64,000 nucleotides of DNA from Centroscyllium fabricii (lineage: Eukaryota), in the NCBI GenBank assembly GCA_051313645.2, contig JBNRSN020000012.1:167772001-167836000 (forward strand). The letters are read 5' to 3'. The position numbers and the translations under genes were made by a program. Every line of letters begins with the position of its first letter. Positions within the stretch are counted from its first letter, which is position 1. Under the pieces are notes generated by a model. It did no database searches, was not told the DNA's origin, and saw nothing but the letters and a program-made list of their open reading frames with translations. This document shows positions 1 through 13,259 of the stretch, piece after piece.

Positions 1-648
1 CTATCCTGTCAGGTGTTGGTGAACTTCTACCGCTGTACCATTGAGAGCATCCTCACCACCTGCATCTCAGTCTGGTACGGCAACTGTACCATCAGCGACC
101 GAAAATCATTGCAGAGGGTGGTGAAAATCGCACAAAGCATCACGAAGACCTCGCTCCCATCCATCACTTCAGTCTATGAGAGGCGGTGCTTACGAAGGGC
201 ACGTAACATCATCAGAGACGCCTCTCATCCCAACCATGGACTGTTTATCGCCCAACGTGGCACTCGCTCTGGGTCACGCTATCGCAGCCTCCCGGGCAGA
301 ACGAACAGGACTATTAACAGCTTCTTCCCCTCAGCTGTCAGACTGTTGACAAAGAACTCCACCCCGTCTCACACTGCCTAGGCCTTGAAGATCATGAGAT
401 GTTATTATGTTCATAACCTGTTTGTACATAAGACCATAGCGAATATAACTTTTATATAGTGTATTTTTAACGGCATTTTAACCAATGGCAGTTACTGTAT
501 ATACTCTTTTACTGTATATTATTATTTGTATATATGCATATAATTACTGTTTGCACTCTGGTTGGACACACCTAATTTCGTTGCATTTTACTTGTACTGT
601 GTAATGACAATAAAGCGAATCCAATCCAATCCAATCCAATCCAATCCA
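1..648 (+). mobile_element. 3' end of a Rex1/Babar-type non-LTR retrotransposon
   Basis: ORF 13..381 (NFYRCTIESILT.CI.VWYG...SFFPSAVRLL) is the typical RT C-terminal region. AATAAA and a (CCAAT)n tail follow at about 619-648. Confidence 0.8.
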
Positions 649-1270
649 AAGGCGACATGAGGAGAAACTTTTTTACACAGCGAGTGGTTAGGATCTGGAA
701 TGCACTGCCTGAGAGGGTGGTGGAGGCAGATTCAATCAGAAGGGAATTAGATAAGTACCTGAAGGAAAAAAATTGCAGGGCTACAGGGAATGGGCGGGTG
801 AATGGCACTAGCTGAAGTGCTCTTGCAGAGAGTCGGCACGGGCTCGAGGAGCCAAATGGCCTCCTGTGCTGTAACCATTCTATGATTCTAATAGGGAAGG
901 TTAAGAGGTGACCTAATTGAGGTTTTCAAAATGATGGGAGGTTTTGACAGTGGATAGAGAATAATTTTTTGCTCTGGTGAGTGGGTCAACAACCTGAGGG
1001 GTGAGATTCTGAATCATTGGTAAAAGATCTCGAGGAGAGACGAGGACATTTTTTTACTGTCTTGTCAGGATCTGGAACGCTGTACCTGAAAAGCTGGTGG
1101 AAGCTGATTCCATAAATAATTTTGAAAGGGTGTTGGAGGGTTTCTTGATGTTGAACTGTCAGGGTTCCGGACAGGGGGTGTGGGACGAAGCACAACTGCT
1201 GTTTCACAGAGCTAGCACAGGCATGACTGGCCAGATAGCCACCTCCTGTGCTGAGAGTTTCTATGATGCT
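649..1270 (+). mobile_element. CR1-type LINE 3' fragments (two adjacent pieces)
   Basis: NFFTQRVVRIWNALPE motif and RLRGDLIEVFK motif, each piece ending in a ttctatgattct-type tail. Confidence 0.75.
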
Positions 1271-1705
1271 CTGCTCCCAAACCATTGATCCCCAGGTTGA
1301 TTGCAAAAATCATAAGCAATTGTAATATGAGGTCACCACGGTTTCAGACACTGCCCTGGCCGAACTCTGCCTCGTCCCGTGTACCGAGTTGGATCTTCTC
1401 CCTCAGGTTTCCTGGCAGCTGGTACAGCTAGCTTGTGCTTTCCTGCTTGGAGAGTGACGGGCTGCTTATCTAAAAGGGCCATGGCCGATGCAGTATCATG
1501 GAGTTCTGTGTCACCAGACCTTTGAAAGGTGCTTTATCCTGAAACCGTTTTAAAATAAATAATCATTTGAAAGCGACCCCAGTTTAATGCGTAGGTGGAC
1601 AGTTGTTACAAAAGAATCAGACACTCGTTTGTCATGCTGGGTGTGTTGTCCATTTCAACTTGTATGAGAAGCCATCTGTGTAATGTGTTCATTTTCCTTT
1701 TTCAG

Positions 1706-1803
1706 ATACTTGTTTGCACTGCAGATTAAGCGGGACCTGGCAGAGAACAAAATAATGTGCAATGCGAACACGTCTGCACTCATCATCTCTCATCTCTTGC
1801 AAT
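1706..1803 (+). CDS. FARP2: FARP2 coding exon (FERM central lobe): YLFALQIKRDLAENKIMCNANTSALIISHLLQ
   Basis: Polypyrimidine tract and TTCAG acceptor, GTGAGT donor. Translation resembles recalled human FARP2 RYLFALQLKRDLLEERLTCADTTAALLTSHLLQ. Confidence 0.9.
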
Positions 1804-2771
1804 GTGAGTGCTGAAGCTAAACAAGACACTGCCACCTAGAGCTCATCAATGCTATGTAAATGCAATCGATGCATAGCTATGCAAGGAAGATGTACTCATG
1901 GCTGATGGCACCAGCACCTTTGGCTTCGATTGAAGTCAGTTAGTATCTAAAGCTCCAAATTGATTGTGGCTGGCAAACCTCTTTAATCCCTTATTCTTAA
2001 AACATCATTTTGTAATGGCACACCACAGCAATCTTGTTGATTACTGGTTGTTTAACAATTAGTGACTGCTTTCAGTAATCACATTTTTTAATGCTATGTT
2101 TGCATCATTAGACAAAGCAAAGGAGAACCATTGAATGTTATTTGTGTAGCTTTGAGATTCTAGGAAAACAAGTTAGAATAGCAGATAATCCTTTTTTTTG
2201 ACAGTAGGGAGGAGGAAAAACCTGGTAGAATGGTGTGTTTGGGCTTTCAAAGGATCAAAAGAGGATAGTTCTGAAGGACACTGATCATAACAGCATCAAA
2301 ATAGAGATATAAGAAAAGTTGTGAAGGAGAGAGTTCGGAGCTAATGGTGGAAGAAATTGTCTATTAGGCAACTAACTTTTTCTTGTACACTGTACAGGAG
2401 CATGAGGGAGGTGCAGGAAGAGTCTCCCCAGATATGGGAAGAGTAGATATTTTGGAAGGATTTGGGCTTTGCAGAGAGTGGAGGTGTTGAGAGGGGGAAG
2501 AAGTGCTTGGCATTGAAGAGCTAGCAGCAAAACTTGCATTTATGCAGCAAGTTTAATATCAAGAAACTTGTCAGGGTACTACTTAGAGGAGCTAAATGAA
2601 GAATGGCAGGTGTATGGGAGGTCACCAAAAGCCTGGTGGAATAGATGAGTTTGGAGAAGATGTTTGGAGGCAGTGGGAGATGAAGCAAAGTGGAGGGTTT
2701 TAGGAAGGGAGTTCCAGAGCATGGGGCTGAGGCAGTTCAAAACTCTGCCACCAATGATGGAGGAGATGGAG

Positions 2772-2921
2772 GAGATGGAGGAGAGTGGGATGTATAAGCG
2801 ACCAGGGGGGAGATGGAGGAGAGTGGGATGTATAAGCGACCAGGGGGGAGATGGAGGAGAGTGGGATGTATAAGCGACCAGGGGGGAGATGGAGGAGAGT
2901 GGGATGTATAAGCGACCAGGG
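2772..2921. repeat. 38-bp minisatellite, about 4 copies, inside an L2 fragment
   Basis: GAGATGGAGGAGAGTGGGATGTATAAGCGACCAGGGGG recurs with period 38 (TGTATAAG at 2791, 2829, 2867, 2905). Confidence 0.9.
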
Positions 2922-3514
2922 TTGAAGGGTTTGCGTTCGGACACAGGTGAACGAGGTCACTTGGAGGTTGGGCCAAAGCCATGGAGGAGTTTGTGGATGA
3001 GGTTGCAGATTTTGAAATTGATGCCTTGGGGAACAGCCAGGATAGGTCGGCAATGATTGAAATGATGGGCAAAAAGCAGTATTTCAAAGACTGCATTAGT
3101 TATGGAGGAAATGTGGAATGCCTTGAGGAGATAATGAGCCTAAGATGAAGTTTTTTAAGATGAGGAAGGGCTAAGGGTAAAACCATTAAAGGCAAGAGGC
3201 AGCAGCTGATTATTAGGCTTAACAACAATAACTTGCATTTGTATAGTGCCTTTAGTGTAGTATAGCATCCCAAGGTGCTTCACAGCAGTGTAATCAGACA
3301 AAAACTGACACCGAACCAAAGGAGGAAATGTTAGGATGGATGAGTAAACATTTGGTCAAAGAGCTAGGTTTTAAGGAGTGTCTTAAAGGAGGAGAGAAAG
3401 GTAAAGAGGGAATTTCAGAGCTTATGGCCTCGGCAGCTGAAGGTATGACCGCCAGTCCTGGGGTGAAGGGAGTGGGGAAGGTTCCAAAAGGCCAGAATTG
3501 GAGCAATGTGGAGT

Positions 3515-3903
3515 TAGAAACATAGAAACATAGAAGATGGAAGCAGGAGTAGGCCATTCGGCCCTTCGAGCCCGCTCCGCCATTCAACGAGATCATGGCT
3601 GATCATCCAAACCCAGCACCCTGTCCCTGCCTTGTCCCCACATCCTTCGATCCCTATCGTACCTGCACCGACACATATCCCACCCTATCCCCGTAACCCC
3701 ACATATTCAATCCCCTAACACTAAGGGTCAATCAACCTAACCCGCACATCTTTGGACTGGGAGGAAACCGGAGTACCCGGAGGAAACCCACGCAGCCACG
3801 GGGAGAATGTGCAAACTCCACACAGTCACCCGAGGCTGGATTTGAACCCGGGTCTCCAGTGCTGTGAGGCAACAGTGCTAACCACTATGCCACCGTGCTG
3901 CCC
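3515..3903 (-). mobile_element. tRNA-derived V-type (HE1-like) SINE
   Basis: Minus strand reads GGCAGCACGGTGGCATAGTGGTTAGCACTG (A box), GGTTCAAATCC (B box), central GGAGTTTGCACATTCTCCCCGTG core and CR1-like tail. Confidence 0.85.
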
Positions 3904-5390
3904 CTTCTTGACGGGTTGCAGGGCTGGAGAAGATTACAAAGAGGGGGGGGGGGGGGGGGGGTGCGGTGGTTAGAGGCCATGGAGGGATTTAAACAAGATA
4001 ATTTTATAATCCGTGTTGGTGGACCGGGAGCCAATGTAGGTCAGTGAGCACAGGGGTGATGGGTGAACAGGACTTGGTACGGGTTAGGATACAAATAGCA
4101 AAGTTTTGGATGAGCTGAGGTTTATGGAGGCTGCAAGGTGGGAGACTGGCCAAGATAGCATTGGTGTAGTCAAGTCTGGAGCTAACAAAAGCATGGATGG
4201 GGGTTTCGGCAGACGATGAGCTGAATCAGGCAGCGATGGGTGATGTTAGAAGGGAAAACTGGGGGTCTTTGTAATGGAGAGGATATGGGGTTGGAAGTTG
4301 AGCTTAATCAAATAGAATGGCGAGGTTTCGAGTCTGGTTCAGCTTGAGACAGTGGCCAGGAAGAGGGATGGAGTCGGTGGTTGGAGAACGGAGTTTGTGG
4401 CGGGGACCGACGGTAATGGATTTGGTCTTCCCACTGTTTAGTTGGAGGAAATTTCTGCTCATCCAGTACTGGATGTCGGACAAGCAGCGTGACAAATCAG
4501 ACATTGGAGGGGTCAAAAGCGGTGGTGGTGAGGTAGAGCTGGGTGTTGTTTGCATACATGTGGAACCTGATGTGTTTTTGTATGAAGTCACCAAGAGGCA
4601 AGAGGCAACATGTAGATGGGAAATAGGAGGGGGATAAGGATGGATCCTTGGGGAACTCCAGACTTAAGTGTGGGTGCAGGAAGAGAAGCCATTGTGGGAA
4701 ATTCTCTCAACACCAGGTTATAGTCCAACAGTTTTATTTTAAATCACAAGCTTTCGGAGCTTCTGCCCCTTCGTCAGGTGAAAGAGAGTCTATAACCTGG
4801 TGTTGTGTGACTTCTTGCAATTGTCCACCCCAGTCCAACACCGGCAACTCCACATCAGGGAAATTCTCTGGCTGTGACTGGATAGGTAAGACTAGAACCA
4901 GGTGAACATAGTCCCACAGAGCTAGACAGCGGAGGAGAGGCTTTGGAGGAGGATTGTGTGGTCAACTGTGTCAAAAGCTGCAAATAGGTTGAGAAGGATG
5001 AAAAGACATAGTGCACTACGGTCACAGTCACTCCGCATGTCATTTGTGATTTGATTAGGGCTGTTCAGTGCTGTGACGGGCATAAACCTGATTAGGGAGG
5101 TTCGAACATGGGGTTGTGGGAAACATAGGCACGAATTTTGGATTTGACAACCCGTTCAAGGACTTTGGAGAGGTTGGAGATGGGGTGGTAGTTTGCAAGG
5201 ACAGAGAATTGAAAGGTGTTTTTTGGGGGCTGGGGGGGGGGGAGGGCGAGAGGGGGTTGGGTGATGGTTGATTTGAAAGCTGGGAACAGTACCCGAGGTG
5301 AGGAGAACTGTTTATATTATCAGCTAGCATGGGGGCCAGGAAGGGAAGTTGCATGGTCAGTAATTCAGTGGGAATAGGGTCAAAAGCTTA
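3904..5390 (-). mobile_element. L2-clade LINE fragment, interrupted by a Penelope remnant
   Basis: Minus-strand peptide CLSDIQYWMSRNFLQLNSGKT and other degenerate L2 RT motifs. Confidence 0.75.
4708..4857. mobile_element. Penelope-like element pseudo-LTR remnant with a minimal hammerhead ribozyme motif
   Basis: Inverted CAACACCAGGTTATAG / CTATAACCTGGTGTTG arms. Minus strand has CTGACGA-stem-GAAAGCTT at 4745-4780. Confidence 0.65.
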
Positions 5391-6059
5391 GGAGTGGCAA
5401 TTGTGTCTTTGAAAGAAATGAGAAATGTCTCATTCATGTGCATGGCAGAGACCAAGATATAGTGGCTGAACCATCAGCGCAAGAGAACTACAGGCTGTGG
5501 GGCACTGAGGCGTACGATCTTGAGGCTAATTAAACAAAAGTGAGCATGGTCAGATGAAGAGTGGGGGAGTGACTGTTCCCATAGTCGCACCCATCATCCC
5601 TGTGCTTGCTGACCTACACTGGCTCCCCGGTCTGGCAACACCTTTTTAATTAAAATTCTCATCCTTGTGTTTAAATCCTTCCACGGCCTCGCCCCCTCCC
5701 TATTTCTGTGAGCTCCTACAAACCTCCCAAGATATCTGCGCTAATCATATTCTGCCCAAGTTCCAGAAGTGCTGCTACTTCTGGATTCTCTGTTAATCAC
5801 TTGTAGTTGGGAGTTGCCCTCAGTGGGGACTTCAACACATTGGATCAAAAACAGTCGTGGTGCCACATTAATTTTGTTACCTTGCTTCCATTTAGGAAAT
5901 TGCACTATATTTGAAATTGCACATTGTTATAACATTCTCCACATATATCCTACTCTCTCAATGTTATCCTTATCCTGCCCTACTTTAGTGTAATGCACAT
6001 GTAAATGATTGAATTTAGTTCAAGCCCCATGTGTAACACACTTTTCCAGGCCCGCAGAT

Positions 6060-6845
6060 TTTTAATTTTTTAATTTATTCATTCCTGGGATGTGGTCATC
6101 GCTGACAAGGCCAGCATTTATTGCCCATCCGTAATTGCCCTTAAGAAGGTGGTGGTGAGCTGCCTTCTTGAACCACGGCAGTCTGTGTCGTGAAGGTACT
6201 CCCACAGTGCTGTTAAGAAGGGAGTTCCAGGATTTTCACCCAGCGACGATGAAGGAATGGCACTACATTTCCAAGTCAGGATGGTGTGTGACTTGGAGGG
6301 GAACTTTGAGTTGGTGGTGTTCCCATGTGCCTGCTGCCTTTGTCCTTCTAGGTGGTAGAGGTTGTGGGTTTGGGAGGTGCTGCCAAAGAAGCCTTGGTGA
6401 GTTGCTGCCGTGCATCTTGTAGATGCTACACATTGCAGCCACGGTACGCCGGTGGTGGAGGGACTGGATGTTTAAGGTGGTGGGGGGGGTGCCAGTCAAG
6501 CAGGCTGTTTTGTCTTGGATGGTGTCGAGCTTCTTGAGTGTTGTTGGAGCTGCACTCATCCAGGCAAGTGGAGAGTATTCCATCACACTCTTGACTTGTG
6601 ATGGTGGAAAGGCTTTGGGGAGACACTTGCCGCAGAATACCCAGCCTCTGACCTGCTCTTGTAGCCACAGTATTTATGTGGCTGGTCCAGTTAAGTTTCT
6701 GGTCAATGGTGACCCCCCCCCCCCCCCCCCAGCATGTTGATGGTGGGGGTTCCGGCGATGGCAGTGCTGTTGATTGTCAAGAGGTGGTGGTTAGACTCCC
6801 TTTTGTTGGAGATATTCATTGCCTGCCACTTGTGTGGCGTGAATG
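6060..6845 (-). mobile_element. 3' fragment of the same LINE family as 10173-13001
   Basis: Shares MEYSPL.WMSAAPTTL and the 3' UTR (GGGATGGGCAATAAATG) with the copy at about 12500-13000. Confidence 0.85.
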
Positions 6846-7042
6846 TTTCTGACCTGATACGTCCTGGAGTTTTTATTCCCACAATTTGGACTGGGCTTGC
6901 CCCATCCCTGGGTTATTGATGGTGATCCCTAATCCCACCACCGTTCTGTGCGAAATCTGAAACGGGCCATTATAGCATGCTTGTCCTTCTGTAATTCTGA
7001 TCAGTTGCATCACAAACACATCCTTCCTCCGTTTCTTTTTAG

Positions 7043-7157
7043 CTGAAATTGGGGATTGCGATGAAGCTCTGGATCTGGAGTACCTTAAGAATAGCACACT
7101 CTTGCCAAACCAGAATACGCTGCAGCAAAAGATTATAGAATTCCATTGGAAAATCAT
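7043..7157 (+). CDS. FARP2: FARP2 coding exon: SEIGDCDEALDLEYLKNSTLLPNQNTLQQKIIEFHWKI
   Basis: TTTTTAG acceptor, GTGAGT donor, phase matches the previous exon. Resembles FARP2 SEIGDYDETLDREHLK...KILEFHQKH. Confidence 0.9.
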
Positions 7158-8439
7158 GTGAGTATTGTTTGTCTGAACCAGCTGCTAGTTCCTGGGATTT
7201 TGCAAACAAAATAAAACCCCAATTGGGCATTTTTTTCTCAATCTAATATCCTTCAGTGTGTCAATTTGTGCAGTATTTTTGTCCCTCTTGCCTCTGCCAA
7301 GGTGAGGAGGATTTTCCTTCAATAATTAGCTGTTGCTTCTTCAGTCATCCTGCCAAGTGTGCGCTACATAGCAATTTGTATATCACAGCATTCTTCTCAA
7401 AATCTTTTGCCTTGGTGCTATGGGCAGGAGCAGTGAACTGTGCACCTTTGGGATAAGGGCCTGGTCATGTTTCTCATGCCGTGAGTTTTGATTTGCATGG
7501 CACTGGAAAGTTGCTGCTTTTCAAAACTGCATGTCTGGTACAGTGCACTGTTCAAGGAGCTGGATGCTTTAGATTGACATAACTAAAGCTTTTAAATGGG
7601 GGCGAAAGTATTGTTAGTTTGTCTGCAGCATTTTTGAACATAAAGAATCAATTTTCTCAGTCACATTGTGATTCATGTTTTTTAGAAAAATAAAATGCTG
7701 GAATTGTATAATGCCTAAAGATCTGATTATAATTTGATGAGGTCAATACAACTGATGTTCCCCTCCTGATATAGATCATCTCTCTTTTCACCACCTGTCT
7801 TCTTTTCTCACGCAGCACTCTGCATCTCTGCAGAAGGCAGTGACTGATGCTGGCATACATTTGTAGTGATACCTGCAGCTTTCCCCCCACCCCCCACTAC
7901 TTCTCTCCTGAAGCTGATGACTGCTGGAGTGTAGATACCTGCAACTCACTGGTGCCTCTGCTGAATGGACTATTTCTCATGCCTGTACTATTTGACCATG
8001 GGGGTGGAGGAATATTGGGAAATGACAAACCAGGCCTGACTCTCCTCGCTTGATGTTTACACATGCACTTTCCAATAAATGTTGCAGGATAGTGATCAGG
8101 AGTGGGGAATCTAGCAGTCGAAGCATCTCCTCAGCTGTCCTGTTTGGGAATGGCTCGTTCGACACTGATCAGGTTTTGGTCCTGGGAACTTAATGTGTTT
8201 ACCTGCCACACCATCCAGGAATCCCATTATTTAGTGACGTGGTGCTTGGGAACATCAGCGTGTTCCACTATGACAGCAATCATGATATTAGAAAGTCAAC
8301 TATATTACTGTGGGAAATTGCTGAGGGAAGCTATGCATCTCTCTACAGAAGAACAGAAAATCATACAAATTAAAACTGTAAAGCTACATTCAAAGTGGAA
8401 CATTTCCCAAGGTACGTTTGACATCATAGCCAGAGCATC

Positions 8440-9120
8440 TCCAGCACTGGGTGCCCTTCCCACCTCTGCACTGTCATTTTGTGAATCCCTCAAATATCTC
8501 TCCTTGGCCCCCTCCTCTTCCTCATCTACATGATTCCCCTGGGTGACAGCATCCACAGACATTGGATCGGCTTCCAGATGTATGCTGGCGACACCCAGCT
8601 CTACCACCTCCACCGCTCTCGACCCCTCCACTCTCTGTTCTCAGACTGCTGTCTGATACCCAGTCTTTGGCCCTCGCCACCAATTCCACCCTCTTCCCCG
8701 GCCACTGTCTCCGGTTGCACCAGACTCTGTGCAATCTTGGGTCCTATTTGACCCTGAGCTAAGCTTCCGACCCCATATCTTCTCAATCACAAAGACCGCC
8801 TACTTCCACCTCTAACATTGCCTGTCTACACCCCAGCTTCAAACCTTCTGCTGAAATCCTCATCTCCAGACTCACTAATCCAATTCTCTCATGGCTGGCC
8901 TCCCATTCTCCACCTATATAAACTTCAGCTCATCTAAAGCTCTGTTGCCAACATGATATCCCACACCAATTCCCACTCATCCATCACCTCTGTCCCCGAT
9001 GACTGTTTTTGGTTCCTGGTCGTCTAGTGCCTCAGCTTTAAAATCCTTATCCTTGTGTTTAAATCCTTTTATGTCCTCACTGTTCCATATCTCTGTAATG
9101 TCCTGCAGCCCTACAATCCC
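8440..9120 (+). mobile_element. L2-clade LINE fragment
   Basis: FQMYAGDTQLY (degenerate YADD) and CNLG motifs; downstream FKILIL.FKS. Confidence 0.7.
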
Positions 9121-9301
9121 TGTTGCAGAAAAGATATTTGAACGAATCATTGCCCTCAATGTACCTTAATAAAAAAGAAAAACATTCTTTGAGGAAGGAA
9201 ATTGATGGGGATGTGCAAATGTTGTTTGCTGAGCTCTGCAGTAGCAGAAGTGCTAGTGCTCAAAGACAGATTTTAATTGTTAACTGTTGTGAATCCTGAT
9301 C

Positions 9302-9454
9302 GTGCTCCTAATTATATGGACTGATCTCTGATGTATGCATGTCTTACAACTTGTGCTCCTAATTATATGGACTGATCTCTGATGTATGCATGTCTTACAA
9401 CTTGTGCTCCTAATTATATGGACTGATCTCTGATGTATGCATGTCTTACAACTT
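9302..9454. repeat. 51-bp tandem repeat, 3 copies
   Basis: GTGCTCCTAATTATATGGACTGATCTCTGATGTATGCATGTCTTACAACTT starts at 9302, 9353 and 9404. Confidence 0.92.
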
Positions 9455-10172
9455 CTGCTGTATAATCCCACCAATTGGATTATCCCGTAGAAACAGGTGG
9501 CTTAAAAGATCCCATTGCACTATTTGTAGTTCTTTTTTATAACCACTGAACCGTTGGGTAATGTGTATCAATAACATTCCACCTATATAGATCCGATATT
9601 TCCTAGTAATCAATTATTCCACAAAAATATTGTAATGTGTAATCCTTCAATGTGGATGCACAGTGTTGCTGGTTCTGGACCTTAATATCTGCAGTCAGGG
9701 AACAAGACAATAAACTGAAGGAAACCAGTTTCCCAACAGGTTTATAGGATGTATAGGGAAAAAAATAGAGCTCTTGGAATAAATTGTCAGCTCCATGCTA
9801 ACCCCTGGGCTGAAATGACAGTTGGAAAGCAAACATTGCTGTCATGGTTTATATTGTGTTCTCTGCTGTCTGGATTACTCCCTATGACTCACTGCCAGGT
9901 ATCTGTTTGTCTGAAAATAAACCACAGACTAAACTTTTAAAAAGCTTAGTCGAGCTTAGAGGTAATTACTCGGATTGGCAAATGGTGGAAAGTGGTGTTC
10001 ACAAGGATCGGTTCTGGTCACTATTTACATAAACAATTTGGAAATTGGACGTACAATTTCACAATTTGCGGATGACACCAAATTGGGGGGGTATAGTTAA
10101 TACAGAGGAGGACTGCGACAAAATACAGGAAGACATTAATAAACTTGCAGAATGGGCGTGTAATTGGCAAAT

Positions 10173-13001
10173 TATGGGAACGGTAGCATAGGGGTTACTC
10201 CTGGGAGTGAGTCATGGGGAGTAATCCAGAGGCCTGGACTAATGATCCAGAGACGTGAGTTCAAATCCCACCACAACTGCTGGGGAATTTAAATTCATTT
10301 AATTAAATAAATCTGGAATAATTACTAGTATCAGTAATGGTGACCATGAAACTATCGGATTGTCATAAAAACGCATCTGATTCACTAATGTCCTTTTAGG
10401 GAAGAAAATCTGCCGTCCTTGCCTGGTCTGGTTTATATGTGATGTCAGACTCTCAGCAATGTGGTTGACTCTTAACTGCTCTCTGAAATGGCCTGGCAAA
10501 CCACTCAGTTGTAACAAACTGCTAGGACAAACAATAATAAGAATTAGGCACCGGCTTTGGACATGGTAACGGTCGACCTGGCAAGGTCCTCTTCACTAAC
10601 ATCTGGGGACTTCTGCCAACATTGGGAGAGATGTCCCACAGATTAGTCAAGTAACAGCCTGACACTCTCAGACTCGCACCTTTCAGCCAATGTCCCAGAC
10701 TCCTCCATCACCATCCCTGGGTATATCCTCTCCCACCGGCAGGACAGACCCACTAGAGGTGGTGGCACAGTGGTATACAGTCGGGTAGGAGTGGTCCTGG
10801 GAGTCAACATTGACTCTGGACCCCATAAGGTCTCAAGACTTCAGGTCAAGCATGGGCAAGGAAACTTTCTGCTGATTACCACCTACTGCCCTCCCTCAGC
10901 TGATTAATCAGTACTCCTCCATGTTGAACACCACTTGGAAGAAGCACTGAGGGTAGCAAAGGCACAGAATGTACTCTGGGTGGGGGACTTCAATGTCAAT
11001 CACAGAGTGGCTTGGTAGCACCACTACTGACCGAGCTGGCCGAGTCCTGAAGGACATAGCTGCCAGTCTGGGCCTGCAACAGGTGGTGAGAGAACCAACA
11101 TGAGGGAAAAACCTACTTGACCTCGTCCTCATTAATCTACCTGTCGTAGATGCGTCTGTCATGACAAATGGGTTAGATTCAGAACAGATCTAGCAGCTCA
11201 AAACTGGGCATCCATGAGGCACTGTGGGCCATCAGCAGCAGCAGAAGAATTGTATTCCACCACAATCTGTAACCTCATGGCCCGGCATATCCCTTACTCT
11301 ACCATTACCACCAAGCCAGGGGACCAACCAGGTTCAATGAGGATTGCCAAGTGGATGATCTGTATCGGCCTCCTCCTGAGGTCCCTACCATCACAGAAGC
11401 CAGTCTTCAGCCAATTTGATTCACTCCACGTGATATCAAGAAATGGCTGAGCGCACTGGATACAGCAAAGGCTGTGGGCCCCGACAACGTCCTGGGTGTA
11501 GTGCTGAAGACTTGTGCTCCAGAACTAGCTGCGCCTCTAGCCAAGGTGCTCCAGTACAGCTACAACACTGGCATCTACCTGACCATGTGGAAAACCGCCC
11601 AGGTATGCCCTGTCCACAAAGTAGGGACAAATTCAATCTGGCCAATTACCACCCCATCAGTCTGCTCACAATCATCAGCAAAGTGATGGAAGGTGTCTTC
11701 GACAGTGCTATCAAGTGGCACTTACTCACCAATAACCTGCTCACCGATGCTCAGTTTGGGTTCCGCCAGGACCACTTGGCTCCAGTCCTCATTACAGCCT
11801 TGGTCCAAACATGGACAAAAGTGCTGAATTTCAGAGGTGAGGTGCGAGCGACTGCCTTTGACATCACGGCAGCATTTGACAGAGTGTGACATCAAGGAGC
11901 CCTAGTAAAATTGACGTCAGTGGGAATCGGGGAAAACTCGCCACTTTCGGGAGTCATACCTACCACAAAGGATGATGGTTGTGGTGGTTGGTGGTCAATC
12001 GTCTCAGACCCAGGACATCGCTGCCGGAGTTCCTCAGGGCAGTGTCCGAGGCACAACCATCTTAGCTGCTTCATCAATGACCTTCCCTCCATCATAAGGT
12101 CAGAAGTGGGGATGTTCACTGATGATTGCACCGTGTTCAGTGCTATTCGCAGCTTCTCAGATAATGGAGTCCATGCCCGCATGCAGCAAGACCTGGATGA
12201 CATTCAAACTTGGGCTGATAAGTGGCAGGTAACATACGTGCCACACAAGTGCCAGGCAATGACTATCTCAAACAAGGGAGAGTCTAACCACCGCCTCTTG
12301 ACATTCAACGGCATTACCATTGCCGAATCCCCCACCATCAACATCCTGGGGGGGGAGTCACCATTGATCAGAAACTTAATTGGACCAGCAACATAAATAC
12401 TGTGGCTACAAGAGCAGATCAGAGGCTGGGTAATGTGCGGCGAGTGTCTCGCCTCCTGACTCCCCAAAGCCTTTCCACCAGCTACAAAGCACAAGTCAGA
12501 AGTGTGATGGAATACTCTCCACTTTCCTGGATGAGTGCAGCTCCAACAACACTCGAATCTCGACACCATCCAGGACAAAGCAGCCCGCTTGATTGGCATC
12601 CCATCCCATCCACCACCTTAAATATTTACGCACTCCACCACCGGTGTACCGTGGCTGCAGTGTGTACCATCTACAAGATGCCCTGCAGCAACTCACCAAA
12701 GCTTCTCCTGCAGCACATCCCAATCCCACGACCTCTTCTACCTAGAGGGACAAGGGCAGCAGGCACATGGGAGCACCATCATCTGCAAATCACACACCAT
12801 CCTGACTTGGAAATATATCACCGTTTCTTCATCGTCGCTGGGTCAAAATCCTGGAACTCCCTCCCTAAAAGCACTTTCACCACACGGACTGGACTGCAGA
12901 ATTTCAAGGCGGCTCACCACCACCGTCTCGAGGGTAATTAGGGATGGGCAATAAATGTTCGTCTTGCCAGCGACACCCACATCCCAGGAACGAATAATAA
13001 A
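10173..13001 (+). mobile_element. Internally deleted APE-type non-LTR retrotransposon (CR1/jockey group) with a tRNA-like 5' head, inserted in an older CR1 fragment
   Basis: Endonuclease motifs (WVGDFNV, LDLVL) and RT motifs (GPDN...LKTCAPELA, NYHPISLL, QFGFR, FDITAAFDRV, FINDLP, FTDDC) are frameshifted. The flanks rejoin as the CR1 peptide WQ-NFNIDKCVVIHFG. Confidence 0.8.
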
Positions 13002-13259
13002 GTGAACTTCAATATAGATAAGTGTGTGGTAATACATTTTGGTAGGAAGATTAAGACCACATACTCCTTAGAAAGTAAGTGTCTAAATGGGCTAGAGGAG
13101 CAGAGTGATTTGGGGTTAGAAGCAAATTTCTAAAAGTAGTGACACAGGTTAAAAGGCCATTTATTAAAAAAAAAAGGCAAACCAAGCATTGGGGTTCATT
13201 TCTAGAGGGATAGATTTGAAAAACTTGTATAGAAGCTTGATTAGACCGCACCTGAAGTA

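Noticed and set aside
2579-3096. ORFs with repeated peptides, or a CRISPR-like periodicity
   Set aside because: This is a 38-bp head-to-tail minisatellite in an L2 remnant, with no spacers and no cas genes, in a eukaryotic context.
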